Positions 46,072 through 56,715 are shown, counted from the first letter of the stretch. The stretch: DNA of 61,077 nucleotides from a virus (IMGVR_UViG_3300030098_000471:1-61077); one strand, 5' to 3'. Program-made: numbers and translations. The notes: a model not told the origin generated them from the sequence alone.

Positions 46072-46398
46072 TTAATACCCATACTGTCTAGGAGATTGTC
46101 TCCCCTTTTTTGGTTTTAACAGCTTAAAAATTCTTTCATGTTGTTTTATTATCTTCTTTGATTTGTTTCTACCTTCTTGAAGTTCTTTCTTTATATCTTC
46201 CATATCTTTCATGACACGTTCCAAATCAAATTGCATCTTGGCTTGGGTAACAACAACAGACTTTTGTGACTCCTGTTCATAGAATTTATATACTGTTTCT
46301 ACTTTGCTATCCAGCTTGGAGACATACCATATCAATCCTATAGCTTGTAGAACCATAGCAAATATTAGTGCATAATTTAATTTAATATTATCCATCAT
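46072..46398 (-). CDS. N-terminal TM plus coiled-coil protein
   Basis: LQAIGLIWYVSKLDSKV followed by coiled coil. Confidence 0.6.
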   Translation of the reverse strand: MMDNIKLNYALIFAMVLQAIGLIWYVSKLDSKVETVYKFYEQESQKSVVVTQAKMQFDLERVMKDMEDIKKELQEGRNKSKKIIKQHERIFKLLKPKKGRQSPRQYGY

Positions 46399-48212
46399 AT
46401 ACCTCTTGGTTTATAATCATAGGGGTTACGTTCCATTACAGAACCTCCTCCCCTTTTGTTTTCTTGTTCTGATTGAGAAGTTTTTGCTATTCTAGTAGGA
46501 ACAAATCCAACTTCTTTCATAAGTCTTGTATAATCATCGGGTGATTTTGCTAATGCTACAGCTTGCGCTCTAGCCCATTGTTCTTTTGTTTTAAAACCAG
46601 CAGGTAGTGGGCCAGATATATCTATATCAGGAGCTATTCTTTTATAATTTTCTATTGCTTTTTTTGAAGCCTCGTGTTTTTCTTTTTTAAGTTTGTCTTT
46701 TGCCTTTACTTGCTTAACAGTAGTCTGTTTAGTCTTGGCAAGATCAACAACAATAGGTTCAGAAACATTCATGTATCGTTCACCACCGGGAAAAACTTTT
46801 CCAAATAGATCGTGTTTATCATTCATAATTGTAGTGACCTCTCCTTTTTTATTAATTGAAGTCATATAATTAGCACCACCTATTTCATAAGCATCTGTTT
46901 TCATAGTACCTGTAATAACAGCAGGTTTTCCTTTAAGAACTTGTTTAGGATTTAAAACAGTTAGTCCTGTTTTTTGAAGTGCTTCTAAAAATCCTTTGTT
47001 AGTATATTTCTTTCCAGAAGAAAAAACAGATTTTTTAATATCTGATAAACTTATACTATTTAAACTATATAATTTAGTAGATAAGCCGGGATCAAGTTCT
47101 CCTGCCGAACCTGTATGTACTCTTCTTATATTCATTTGGTGGTTTTTACTTGCATCGTAGCCAATAGCAGGAAGTTTTTTAATACTTTTAAATATTTCTT
47201 GTACACCCTCTTTACCTATACCTGATGGTATTACATCTCCTACTGTTTTAAAATAATCATTTACATTAAAAGTTTTAAAATTTTTAACATGATCAATTTT
47301 ATTTATATTTTTATGTATACCTTCTAATCCACTGTTAGGACCAAAGTACTGCTTTGTCATAGATCGTGTTTGGTTAAATTGACCCATAGCTCGTTTTCCT
47401 GCATCATTAGCTTTTCGCCTTAATTCTTGTGCAGCTTCTTTAAGTTTAATAAATTTTTCTGTCTCAATATTTTTTTTCTTACCTTTATTTTTACCTGATT
47501 TAATTGTTTTAATTTCACCAGTATATGCTGATCCATCTTTCCTCATGGCTCTCATTTGTTTTTCTAAAGGTTTTAATTGAGGAGTTATTTCATTAGAAAC
47601 TTCAAGCGCAGTTTGAGCAGCTTTTCTATCAGCAGCACTGATATTAAAATTGCTTTGAAGTCCTCTAGCTTGAGGATCATATCTAGCTTTAAGTATATTA
47701 CCTATTCCTTCTGGTACAGTTTTTAGATAAGTTAAACCTTGTGTTTTTTTACCTATACCGGGTTTATAAAAACCGGGAATATAGTTTTGTAAATTTGTAA
47801 ATGCTTTTTGTCCTGTTGTTTTAAGTACTTTTTTAACTTCTGAAGGTTTATATCTAAGTCCTCCTTGTCTAGGCTTTATTGATTTTATAAGTCCACTTAC
47901 TGTTCCTGAAGGAAGAAAAGGTATTGCATTTGATAATAAGAAAGCTAGATTAGTTCCACTAGGATCATTTGTATAGCGTCTAATATCTGCTGCTGCGCCA
48001 GTAATATCTCCAACAATAGGAATAATTGATGTATATAAAGCAGCTTGATCAAGTGGGTGCATGTTTCTCACCGCCTCAACATCTGCTAATGCTTGTCTTC
48101 TATCCCTTCTATGTTTAGTTGGATCACCATATTTAAAACGACCTCTACCTCTCGTAGGTGATCGTCCACCTTGACGTATAATAGAACGTAAGCCACTTCT
48201 ATCAACCATCAT
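46395..48212 (-). CDS. Putative virion cargo/effector with pre-toxin-TG-like segment and C-terminal GG-ERNPY tag
   Basis: LDQAALYTSIIPIVGDITGAAAD; C-terminus KRGGGSVMERNPYDYKPRGI. Confidence 0.65.
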   Translation of the reverse strand: MMVDRSGLRSIIRQGGRSPTRGRGRFKYGDPTKHRRDRRQALADVEAVRNMHPLDQAALYTSIIPIVGDITGAAADIRRYTNDPSGTNLAFLLSNAIPFLPSGTVSGLIKSIKPRQGGLRYKPSEVKKVLKTTGQKAFTNLQNYIPGFYKPGIGKKTQGLTYLKTVPEGIGNILKARYDPQARGLQSNFNISAADRKAAQTALEVSNEITPQLKPLEKQMRAMRKDGSAYTGEIKTIKSGKNKGKKKNIETEKFIKLKEAAQELRRKANDAGKRAMGQFNQTRSMTKQYFGPNSGLEGIHKNINKIDHVKNFKTFNVNDYFKTVGDVIPSGIGKEGVQEIFKSIKKLPAIGYDASKNHQMNIRRVHTGSAGELDPGLSTKLYSLNSISLSDIKKSVFSSGKKYTNKGFLEALQKTGLTVLNPKQVLKGKPAVITGTMKTDAYEIGGANYMTSINKKGEVTTIMNDKHDLFGKVFPGGERYMNVSEPIVVDLAKTKQTTVKQVKAKDKLKKEKHEASKKAIENYKRIAPDIDISGPLPAGFKTKEQWARAQAVALAKSPDDYTRLMKEVGFVPTRIAKTSQSEQENKRGGGSVMERNPYDYKPRGI

Positions 48213-48288
48213 TCATCCTTTGTTAAATAAAAACCAAACCAACAAACAATCGCAAGACCTGCTACACAAATTAAAAATTCTATTAACA

Positions 48289-48675
48289 TTACTTATAACT
48301 CCATATCCAAGGTCTAGGGTTCTCATCACTATCTTCCAGATCATCAATGTGTATAAATCTTTTACTTGCTTTACCTTTTTGTGCTACACCTATACCTGTC
48401 ATACCAGTATCCAGTGCTAGACGTACCAATCTCAGTGCTTCCTTACCCATAACCAATACATCCACAGCCCTGCCCTTGGTGTGTGCTGAGTTTCTTGTAC
48501 CACCTATTGCCATATTATGTGCAGGATGTCGATAACCTGAAGTAATAATCATTGGCTCATTAAACTTTATTCTTAGCTCTATGAGTTTTGACATAAACCT
48601 TTCATTCATGTCACACTCTCCAGTACCTCTACATTGCATCTCCTGCTCTGTAAAGAACTCCCAATTCCTAGACAT
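48289..48675 (-). CDS. Peptidase M15 family endolysin
   Basis: ITSGYR...SAHTKGRAVD...FIHID. Confidence 0.85.
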   Translation of the reverse strand: MSRNWEFFTEQEMQCRGTGECDMNERFMSKLIELRIKFNEPMIITSGYRHPAHNMAIGGTRNSAHTKGRAVDVLVMGKEALRLVRLALDTGMTGIGVAQKGKASKRFIHIDDLEDSDENPRPWIWSYK

Positions 48676-48923
48676 TACTTTATTATTCTCTCCATTAAAT
48701 TATCCAGCTTACTTTCTACACGATCAAAGCGACTCATAATTTTATCAAGGTCTTTATCAACTTCTTCTTTGAGTGCATAGTCTTTAGCTATTTCCTCTCT
48801 GGTTCTGCTTACCAGTTTTCTATTTTCCTCTATCTTCACATTGATACCTCTCATCCACCATATAAACGAGCCACACGCAAGACTCAGTATAGCATTCCAT
48901 ATCATGTGGCTTGAACCATCCAT
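48675..48923 (-). CDS. Small TM plus coiled-coil protein (lysis-associated?)
   Basis: One TM segment; adjacent to the endolysin. Confidence 0.55.
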   Translation of the reverse strand: MDGSSHMIWNAILSLACGSFIWWMRGINVKIEENRKLVSRTREEIAKDYALKEEVDKDLDKIMSRFDRVESKLDNLMERIIK

Positions 48924-48936
48924 TATTTATTTTCCT

Positions 48937-51900
48937 TTATTTAAATTTATTAAGATAATCGGATAAACTAGTTCCATTAGAATCTTTTGGATTGTATTTA
49001 CCACCAGTTTCTAAAAATTTTTTCATGCCTTCTTTACCACCTAAATGAGCAACAGCAGTAAGTCCATTACGAGTTACAAGAATACCCTTTATTGTTTTTC
49101 CAATGTATGAATTTAATTTTTCATTATTAATATATTTATTTATATCATTAACATGCCAATTAAAAACTTCATTTTGTAATTTAGAATTATTTAAAAATTC
49201 TTTTTTAGTAAATTTTTTCTTGTTAGCTTTTTTAAAGTCTGATAATCTACGATTTCCAAATTGAAATGTACCCATATAACCTTCTGTATTAACAGCAGTA
49301 GGATTATTAGAACTTTCAGATAATGCCATCTGTTCTTTAAAATTATTTTTTTGTTCAGGTTTTACTTTAGGTAATGGAGCAGTAGGTATCTGTCCCTGTT
49401 GCAGTGCAATCTTTAATTGCTCTTCTTCACCTACATTTAATGGACTAACACCTACCAAGTTCTTAAAGAAGTCTCCAATATACCCACCTTCAGCCATGCC
49501 TAAAGGTATAAATTCTGGTTTTTGATTAGTAACTTCTTCTGCATAAGCTTTAGAAAGTTTCCCTATAATTCCAAGTGGATTTCTATCACCAAATTTTTCT
49601 TGTAAAACATTTATTAAATCTCTATTATCTATTGGATTTAAAACAGCTTGAGAAAATGGAGCCTTCATTATCAATAATGCTTCCTCTCCATTTTTTTGAT
49701 ATTCCATATTGGGTCCAGAAACAGCACGAAAAATTCCATTTACACCTAAAGATTTAGGATTGCCGTTTATATCTTGATAAGAAAATAAAGAATATAGATT
49801 TAGTTTCTCTTTTAATTTATTATAGTTTTCTCTTTTTACTTGCATAGATTCTCTATATTCATTTATTATATCTTCAGCAATAGTTGGGGTAATTTGTTCT
49901 GGTTTTAATTGCCTTAAATAACTTGTAAAAGATTTATCACTTAAATCTAACTGACGCATATCTTTGTAAATACTATATCCTATAGATTTATTAATATCAT
50001 TTGTAACAGTTCTTTGCCCTGTCATTAGCCAGCTATTCATATCATCCATAGTTAAAGGATAACCATATGAATTACGAGCTATTTCTGCTACCTCTGAAGC
50101 TTTCATTTGATCAAAGTATGCTCTAACAGCTTGAGATGTTCCCGGCTCTAAAGTCCTAGCAAGTTCAAAAAAAGTACGTTTTATATTTTCACCACTCAGT
50201 CCCGGTTGCTCTTCTGAAAATAAATCTCCATGACCTATCATGCTTGCAGCAATATTAATAAGACCATCCGCTACAAACTTTGGAGATGTATATGGACCTA
50301 AAATAGATTTACCCAATCCTTCAAGAGCATCTCCTATTGTAGTAGAGCTTAACATATCTCCACCAAGTATCCGACCAGTTAATCTTACACCAACTTTACC
50401 AAAATCTGCTGCATCATATTGTGCAGAGTTTGCATATCTACCTATTATAGATCGTTGACCAGTTTTAGAATCTACTATTTCTTTAAAACCTTGTAACACG
50501 TAAGGGTTAGCACCTCTTGCAAAAGATGGTCCTGTTGATTCAATAACTCTTTTATTTATTTCATTTTGTTCAGAAGCAGAAATATTTTCATTAGGAGTTT
50601 CTGTTAATAATTCATTATTAGCATTTACATAAGATTCAAGTCCATAAGTAGTAGCAGCAAAACCTGTTCCTCTTCTAACACCTCTTTTTATTAATCTTGC
50701 ACCTACTTTTATATTTCCTTTTCTTAGTTCATTAGAACCTTTAATTAAATCTGTTAATGAATGTTTAATAATATTTTTAGATGTTCGTACCATTTCAGAA
50801 GGAAATAAAGCATACGTACCAACAGGTAATCTAGATAACATTCTAGCTCCCGGTGCAGCCACACTATATGAAGGCATAACATCACGAACTATTTCAGATG
50901 CCATTGAAAATAATTCATCATCTGAAACAGTATTACCATATATCTTTTTTAATTCTCTGTATTCTATTTCATGAGCTATTAATTTAGCATATGTATCAGG
51001 AACACCATAAGCTTGACTTAAATTTTCCATACCTTTTTTATAAGTTTTTCGTAAAGGGTTTTCTAAAGTTTTACCATATAAATTAATATTTTTACGAATC
51101 ATCTCTGAAGATAAATCACTATCAACAACACCTTCTTCTCTTAATCTTTCTAATCTTTTTAAAGATTCTTTATTATCTAATTTATACATTTGGAATACAT
51201 CTTTAGTTGCTTGTTGAACAACATCATCTTTTCCAATAGCAGAAAATATATATCCATTACTTCCAAGATTTTGAACAGCACCTAAAGTATTTACAAAGTA
51301 TGCAGGTATATCTAAAACTGTTTGAGTAGCCTGACCATATGCAGCAACTTGTGCTAATGTATTACCAAATTTTCCACCACCTAACTTTGAATTACTCCAG
51401 TAATCTATACCATTTTCAAAATAATTAAAAAGTGTTTCATCTGTATAAATATCTTTTAAAAGTTTTCCAGACTGAATACCTTTCTTTCCTAATTCTTGTT
51501 TAACTAAATCTTCTAAATTTTTAGGAGTACGAGCAGGAGGTTGTTTACCTTTTTGTTTTTTAATAGTAGCTCTTTTCTTGGGTAAAAAACTTACAAATCC
51601 ACCTAAATCTATAGTAGCTGTATCTCCATCAGCTTTTTCTAAAGCTTTACGAGCAAACTCATCTAGTGTTGAAAAGTATTCAGCACTTTTAATTAATTTT
51701 TGTTGAGTGGTTAATGTTTCAGCAAGTCTACCTACAGCATCTTTTCTTTCACCTAATAAATTTAATATAGGTTCAGTTAAATCTTGTCTTCTTTTTAAAG
51801 AATTTAAAGATTTTCTAGTGTTTGTTGCAGCTTTAGGAGTAAGATCGCCTAAAATTTTTGGTATGTCTAAAATAAAATCAGTAGAGTCTGTATCACCAGA

Positions 51901-53529
51901 TAAGTTTCTAACTAATGCAGCTATTTTATTATCAATTTGTTCTAGTGTATCTTTAGGATATTGTTTTTTTAGTGCATCTCTTGCACCCTCTACTTTACTT
52001 AAAAACTCTGCATCAACTTTTTTACCTTGAGGATCTAAGGCATCTATAATTTTTTGTAAGTAAGCAGGATTATTAACAGCTTCAAAACTTCTTGTTATAT
52101 AAAATTTACCTTCACTACGATTAACACCTAATTTTTTATCACCTTTTAGTCCAAGTAAATTATTTAATTTATTTTCATTTCCCTCTATTAAACTTCCTAT
52201 TTCTTGTAAAGATTTTAATACTTGAGTTCCTTGTAAGGAAGATGAAATAGTTCCATCATCAAAAAAGTTATTAATATCATCGTCTGTAATTCTTGTATTT
52301 ACTTTATTTTTTATTCTTTCTAATCTATCTGCATTAATTTCTTTTTGTAATTTCTTTAAAGAAGCTTTTATACTTAAACCAACATTGCTTCCTCTTTCTT
52401 TTTTAAGAGCCGCATTAAATACTTCTCTAGGAAGTGTGACATTAGATTTAAAAAATCTTCCTACTTTTGTATTTAGTTCTGCTAATCTCTCTGTTATATT
52501 ATGTCTAACAGGTTTACTTGGATCAACAACATCAGTTTCTTTTTGTAATGTTTTAACTTTAACATTTTGTGTTGAAGGAGCTTCTTCTAAATTCTTACGT
52601 ACAGCATCTGCTATATTTTGAGCATCTCTACCAACAGGCATAACACGACTTAAAATACCACCAGTAATCATTCCAAGACCTGTAGATATAGCTGCTTTTT
52701 CAAAATCTATAGGACCATCTGGTTTAGCAATAATTTGTTCTCCTACATCAAATCCACCGCCATATCCACCACCAGCAACTATTGCAGCCCCTGTTTGTTT
52801 AGCTTTTAAAATTTTAGCAGCTTGGCTTTTTAATTCATCATCTGTTACTTCTTTAACTTTTCTTTTAATAGTTTTATCTTTACCTACATTTTCAACAGCT
52901 TCTTCAACTATATTTTTTTTAGTAAGCTGTGCTGTTATTTGATTTTTAAATGCTAGTTTAGCTGCTGTAGAAGCTGCTTTACCACCAATTAATTTAGCAA
53001 GCACACCTATACCTAATGTACCCACTAAACCTACAATAGTTTCAGGAGCAAGTGCAGTGTTTTTAACAGCCCGTAAAAAACTTTTCATATCTGAATCTGC
53101 TACTTCAAATTGTTGTAGAGAATCAGACCATGCTCTTTGCTGCTCTTTAGACATATCTCCTATATTGTAAGCAGTCAATCCAAGATTAGTTAAATCATTT
53201 CCTAATTGTGAATGACGATCCATAAACCAATCGCCTATACTATTATAACCTTCTTCTTCTGCATTAAACTCTAAGTCGGGATTTTCTTGATTCCAAATTA
53301 TTTTTGCATTTTTTATCCAATCTTTATCAGTAGCTAAAGCAGATACAGTTCGAGACTCTCTATCTTTAATAGCTTTTTCATAAACTTCTTTACCTAAATC
53401 TCTAGTACGAGGTTGTACTTTTTTTAGAACATCAGAAGATATTCTGCCTCTTTTTTTAGGATCAACTGTAACTGTTTCTAAAGAAGAATCTAAAGAAATA
53501 CCTAAAGGAATAAAATTAGAAGATGCCAT
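48937..53529 (-). CDS. Large internal virion protein with C-terminal lysozyme/lytic-transglycosylase-like domain
   Basis: 1530 aa; MALSESSNNPTAVNTEGYMGTFQFG...AHLGG...DSNGTSLSDY. Confidence 0.75.
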   Translation of the reverse strand: MASSNFIPLGISLDSSLETVTVDPKKRGRISSDVLKKVQPRTRDLGKEVYEKAIKDRESRTVSALATDKDWIKNAKIIWNQENPDLEFNAEEEGYNSIGDWFMDRHSQLGNDLTNLGLTAYNIGDMSKEQQRAWSDSLQQFEVADSDMKSFLRAVKNTALAPETIVGLVGTLGIGVLAKLIGGKAASTAAKLAFKNQITAQLTKKNIVEEAVENVGKDKTIKRKVKEVTDDELKSQAAKILKAKQTGAAIVAGGGYGGGFDVGEQIIAKPDGPIDFEKAAISTGLGMITGGILSRVMPVGRDAQNIADAVRKNLEEAPSTQNVKVKTLQKETDVVDPSKPVRHNITERLAELNTKVGRFFKSNVTLPREVFNAALKKERGSNVGLSIKASLKKLQKEINADRLERIKNKVNTRITDDDINNFFDDGTISSSLQGTQVLKSLQEIGSLIEGNENKLNNLLGLKGDKKLGVNRSEGKFYITRSFEAVNNPAYLQKIIDALDPQGKKVDAEFLSKVEGARDALKKQYPKDTLEQIDNKIAALVRNLSGDTDSTDFILDIPKILGDLTPKAATNTRKSLNSLKRRQDLTEPILNLLGERKDAVGRLAETLTTQQKLIKSAEYFSTLDEFARKALEKADGDTATIDLGGFVSFLPKKRATIKKQKGKQPPARTPKNLEDLVKQELGKKGIQSGKLLKDIYTDETLFNYFENGIDYWSNSKLGGGKFGNTLAQVAAYGQATQTVLDIPAYFVNTLGAVQNLGSNGYIFSAIGKDDVVQQATKDVFQMYKLDNKESLKRLERLREEGVVDSDLSSEMIRKNINLYGKTLENPLRKTYKKGMENLSQAYGVPDTYAKLIAHEIEYRELKKIYGNTVSDDELFSMASEIVRDVMPSYSVAAPGARMLSRLPVGTYALFPSEMVRTSKNIIKHSLTDLIKGSNELRKGNIKVGARLIKRGVRRGTGFAATTYGLESYVNANNELLTETPNENISASEQNEINKRVIESTGPSFARGANPYVLQGFKEIVDSKTGQRSIIGRYANSAQYDAADFGKVGVRLTGRILGGDMLSSTTIGDALEGLGKSILGPYTSPKFVADGLINIAASMIGHGDLFSEEQPGLSGENIKRTFFELARTLEPGTSQAVRAYFDQMKASEVAEIARNSYGYPLTMDDMNSWLMTGQRTVTNDINKSIGYSIYKDMRQLDLSDKSFTSYLRQLKPEQITPTIAEDIINEYRESMQVKRENYNKLKEKLNLYSLFSYQDINGNPKSLGVNGIFRAVSGPNMEYQKNGEEALLIMKAPFSQAVLNPIDNRDLINVLQEKFGDRNPLGIIGKLSKAYAEEVTNQKPEFIPLGMAEGGYIGDFFKNLVGVSPLNVGEEEQLKIALQQGQIPTAPLPKVKPEQKNNFKEQMALSESSNNPTAVNTEGYMGTFQFGNRRLSDFKKANKKKFTKKEFLNNSKLQNEVFNWHVNDINKYINNEKLNSYIGKTIKGILVTRNGLTAVAHLGGKEGMKKFLETGGKYNPKDSNGTSLSDYLNKFK

Positions 53530-53537
53530 AATAAAAC

Positions 53538-55733
53538 CTATTGTTGTACAATACCTATGTCGCCATTTTCATTGGCAACTACTTTATATTTTTTACCACC
53601 AATTTGTATAAGTTTATTTATATACTTGCTTTTATCTCGGTTTATAGCTATCGTTGCTCTATCCCTACTACTAAATGTTCCAACTGTTTCAACATTAGAT
53701 TTATCATCGTATTTAGGAGTCTTTGAAAACGCATATCTAGTAGCTTCAAGTTGTGCTTTATAACTTGTACTCCCTAACTCATCTAATTTATTTAGATAGA
53801 GTCTTCTAAATGTTTGCAAACGGTCCATCATGTTTTGATAAAGTGGACTTTTCAAAGAAGGAGAACCTTTTCCTGCACCTAAATTTCCAAACTGGTCAAT
53901 TACAAAGCCATACTCTTTTGCTATTTCCCTCTGTGCTTTTTCAAGCTGACTTCCAAAAGCTTTATCACCTTTACCTTTATTTGCTGCAGCCTTGGCTTTT
54001 AAATAATCACCATGTATTTTATATTCCTCCATAAATCTTTTTCGTATATTACTATCCATGTTTGCTACTTCTACTTGCTGCGCTTTGGTAAGACCCAAGA
54101 ATTTTAATTCACTCTTAAATCCTAATGTATCTACATCTTTCATAAAATCCATTTCATCTTTTGCAAGTGTCATTAACATTTTATTCTTTTCTTTTCTATC
54201 AGCATCTGCATTAAGAGTAGCTTGTTTAAAACCTTCTGCCATATTAGTAAAAGCATTACCACCCGGCTTACCTATTGCTGCCGCAACTGTAAACCAAAAC
54301 TTTTGAAATGCATTTGGATCTTCACCAACAAGGTTTTTAACCATGCTTTGATATTTATTAAATCTGTTTGTTTGTTTTTGTTGAAAAGCTTTTGTCTCTT
54401 TTCTAATACCTTTTATTTCTTCTTTAGTAGCATTTCCAGTTGCTAATACTTTTCCTTCTTCAATCTTTGCTAAATTATTTAAATTTGCAAGTGTCCAACC
54501 CCTTACTCTGTCTACAGCACTAGGATCATCGGCTCTTCTTAAAATATCTGGACCTTCTCCTACTGAAGAGGTAATAGAACCAACATTGGGAGGTGCCAAT
54601 CTATTCATACCTGCTTCTTTAACAGCTTCTCTTGCTGCGTAAATATCTGATACTGGTCTATTTGCACCTGTTTGAAATGCTGCATCTTCATCAAGAAGTT
54701 CTCCTCCTCCTACTTGCCTATACACTATAGGTGGCATAACTTGACTACCCATATTTCTACGCATGTAGTTCATATAAGGTTGAGCTTGAGCCATTGAAGC
54801 AAGACCACCTCCAATAGAACCACCACCTTTAAATGGTAATTTAAAACCACCTTTACCAAATAAACCTACTCCAAGACCAGCCAATGACATTAGAGTTTTA
54901 CCTAATCCCGGTCCACCACCAGCTTGAATACCTGTTGTTGCATAGTTAGGTTGTTTCCATATTGGATTACCTAGAAGAGACTGATACCATTTATTGAGTT
55001 CATTTCGTGCAAACTCTTCTCTATCATAATATTTTGTTTGAGCTTCATCCAACATTGTCTGAGCCATCTGTTGTTTTTCTTTGCCTATAGCATCTAATAA
55101 AGCTTGCTCTTTTATACCACCAGTAAAAATTTGCCTATTTAAATTTGCCAAATCAGTAGCAGTTTGCCTCTCTCTTTCTTTTTGTTGTCTAAATAAGTTC
55201 TGAGCATCTTCATAAGCTTTTTGCTGCCCCGTAGCCTCTATATCAGCCAATAATCTTTGTTGTCCTGCTTCCATTTCAGCAGATTCTATAGCGGCTCTAG
55301 ACCCTAGACCAGACATACCACCTGCAGCTACTGCTTCTGCTTCAAACTCAGGACGCTTTGTTCTTTCATATTGACGTTGGGCTGCTGCTTTCTGAGCATC
55401 AAGGGAAGCTCTAAGATAAGGAGACATATATTTTTGAGCTTCGTCAGGGGTAAATTCAGAGGTAACTCCTCTAGTTAAACCAAGAGCTTCTTGTTGTATA
55501 GGAGCTTGGCTTCCTACTAGAGAAGCTAATCCTTGTTGAGAAGCAATTTGTTCAGGTGTAAAACCAGCAGTAGTCATGCCTGTATATGGTCTATAGCCTC
55601 TTTCTAAATTAGATTCATAGAGCCTTTTATAAGCATCTTGTGCCTCAAGCATATCTTTTTTCATCCACTCAGGATATTGACCTAACTGAGTCCCTGTGGT
55701 AGTGGTTGGTTTATCTCCAAAATTTAACGCCAT
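53538..55733 (-). CDS. Internal virion / DNA ejection protein
   Basis: PYTGMTTAGFTPEQ, YMSPY, GLGSRAAI, Gln-rich helices, Gly-rich hydrophobic segment. Confidence 0.7.
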   Translation of the reverse strand: MALNFGDKPTTTTGTQLGQYPEWMKKDMLEAQDAYKRLYESNLERGYRPYTGMTTAGFTPEQIASQQGLASLVGSQAPIQQEALGLTRGVTSEFTPDEAQKYMSPYLRASLDAQKAAAQRQYERTKRPEFEAEAVAAGGMSGLGSRAAIESAEMEAGQQRLLADIEATGQQKAYEDAQNLFRQQKERERQTATDLANLNRQIFTGGIKEQALLDAIGKEKQQMAQTMLDEAQTKYYDREEFARNELNKWYQSLLGNPIWKQPNYATTGIQAGGGPGLGKTLMSLAGLGVGLFGKGGFKLPFKGGGSIGGGLASMAQAQPYMNYMRRNMGSQVMPPIVYRQVGGGELLDEDAAFQTGANRPVSDIYAAREAVKEAGMNRLAPPNVGSITSSVGEGPDILRRADDPSAVDRVRGWTLANLNNLAKIEEGKVLATGNATKEEIKGIRKETKAFQQKQTNRFNKYQSMVKNLVGEDPNAFQKFWFTVAAAIGKPGGNAFTNMAEGFKQATLNADADRKEKNKMLMTLAKDEMDFMKDVDTLGFKSELKFLGLTKAQQVEVANMDSNIRKRFMEEYKIHGDYLKAKAAANKGKGDKAFGSQLEKAQREIAKEYGFVIDQFGNLGAGKGSPSLKSPLYQNMMDRLQTFRRLYLNKLDELGSTSYKAQLEATRYAFSKTPKYDDKSNVETVGTFSSRDRATIAINRDKSKYINKLIQIGGKKYKVVANENGDIGIVQQ

Positions 55734-55735
55734 GA

Positions 55736-56491
55736 CTATACCCTTTCCATCATTGGTCTTAATGCAGCCAATCCATTAATTTGCTCTGGTTGCTGCGTTG
55801 TTCCATAAGCTTTTTGCCGTATATTCTTTACTACTTGATCCATAACATCTGCTCCTGCATCTGCACTACCATTACCTAATGCAGCCATTGTATGAGCATC
55901 AACTACATATTCATCAGGACTTACAGCAAGTGTACCTACTTGATCTCCATCCTTTCTTTCTATTATTGGCATATAAACATTATCTTCCATGCCATGACCT
56001 TTTCCCGGTACTTGACCAGAAAATAAATCACGCATCATAAGATTCATTAATCCACCACCAGTTTCTGCAGTAACAGGAGTTTGAAGAGAAGGCATCAAAG
56101 CATCCATTGGTAAACCTTTTGATGTACTAAGTCCTGCCCTATCTGCTAAGTCTATTATAGCTTCTTCTTGTAATGATTTACCATTTGCTTTAGGTTTAGT
56201 TAAAATTGTATTAAGTGTTTCTTTAAGAGGTGGAGCTAAAGGCATTGGTGGTAATTGAGAATCTTGAGGTGGCATCATAGGAGGCATACCACCATCTATA
56301 GGAGGTGGCATCATAGGAGGCATATCAGTGCCTTGAGGAGGCATAGGAGGTCCACTAGGAGGCATAGGAGGTCCACTAGGAGGCATAGGAGGACTACCAG
56401 CACCCGGAGGTGATTGCATTAATTTAGCATCGTCCCTTAATGTAGAACTTTGCATAACCTCTTTTAATTCTTCCATATTAGGTACTGACAT
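55736..56491 (-). CDS. Internal virion protein with Pro/Met repeats
   Basis: PPMPPSG repeats; GQVPGKGHGMED...SPDEYVV...ALGNGSADAG domain. Confidence 0.65.
   Translation of the reverse strand: MSVPNMEELKEVMQSSTLRDDAKLMQSPPGAGSPPMPPSGPPMPPSGPPMPPQGTDMPPMMPPPIDGGMPPMMPPQDSQLPPMPLAPPLKETLNTILTKPKANGKSLQEEAIIDLADRAGLSTSKGLPMDALMPSLQTPVTAETGGGLMNLMMRDLFSGQVPGKGHGMEDNVYMPIIERKDGDQVGTLAVSPDEYVVDAHTMAALGNGSADAGADVMDQVVKNIRQKAYGTTQQPEQINGLAALRPMMERV
56338..56391 (-). repeat. 21-bp tandem coding repeat (PPMPPSG)
   Basis: GGAGGCATAGGAGGTCCACTA repeated on the + strand. Confidence 0.75.
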
Positions 56492-56715
56492 TACTTCACT
56501 CTTCCATAATTAGATTGTGCTTTTGTTTGATCTGCTATAAAATTTGAATCTTCAACAGATTTTATTTTTTTAAATGTTTTCATTTTCTGTGTTAATAAAT
56601 ATCTACTATGATCAATAACATTACCTTGATTAAGATTACTAATATAAGTGCTATTATTAATTAAATTATGATATTCTTCTGGTGACATTTTTTTCATTAG
56701 TTTAAATTCTGCCAA
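56491..56715 (-). CDS. Hypothetical protein
   Basis: Overlaps both neighbours. Confidence 0.55.
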   Translation of the reverse strand: MAEFKLMKKMSPEEYHNLINNSTYISNLNQGNVIDHSRYLLTQKMKTFKKIKSVEDSNFIADQTKAQSNYGRVK

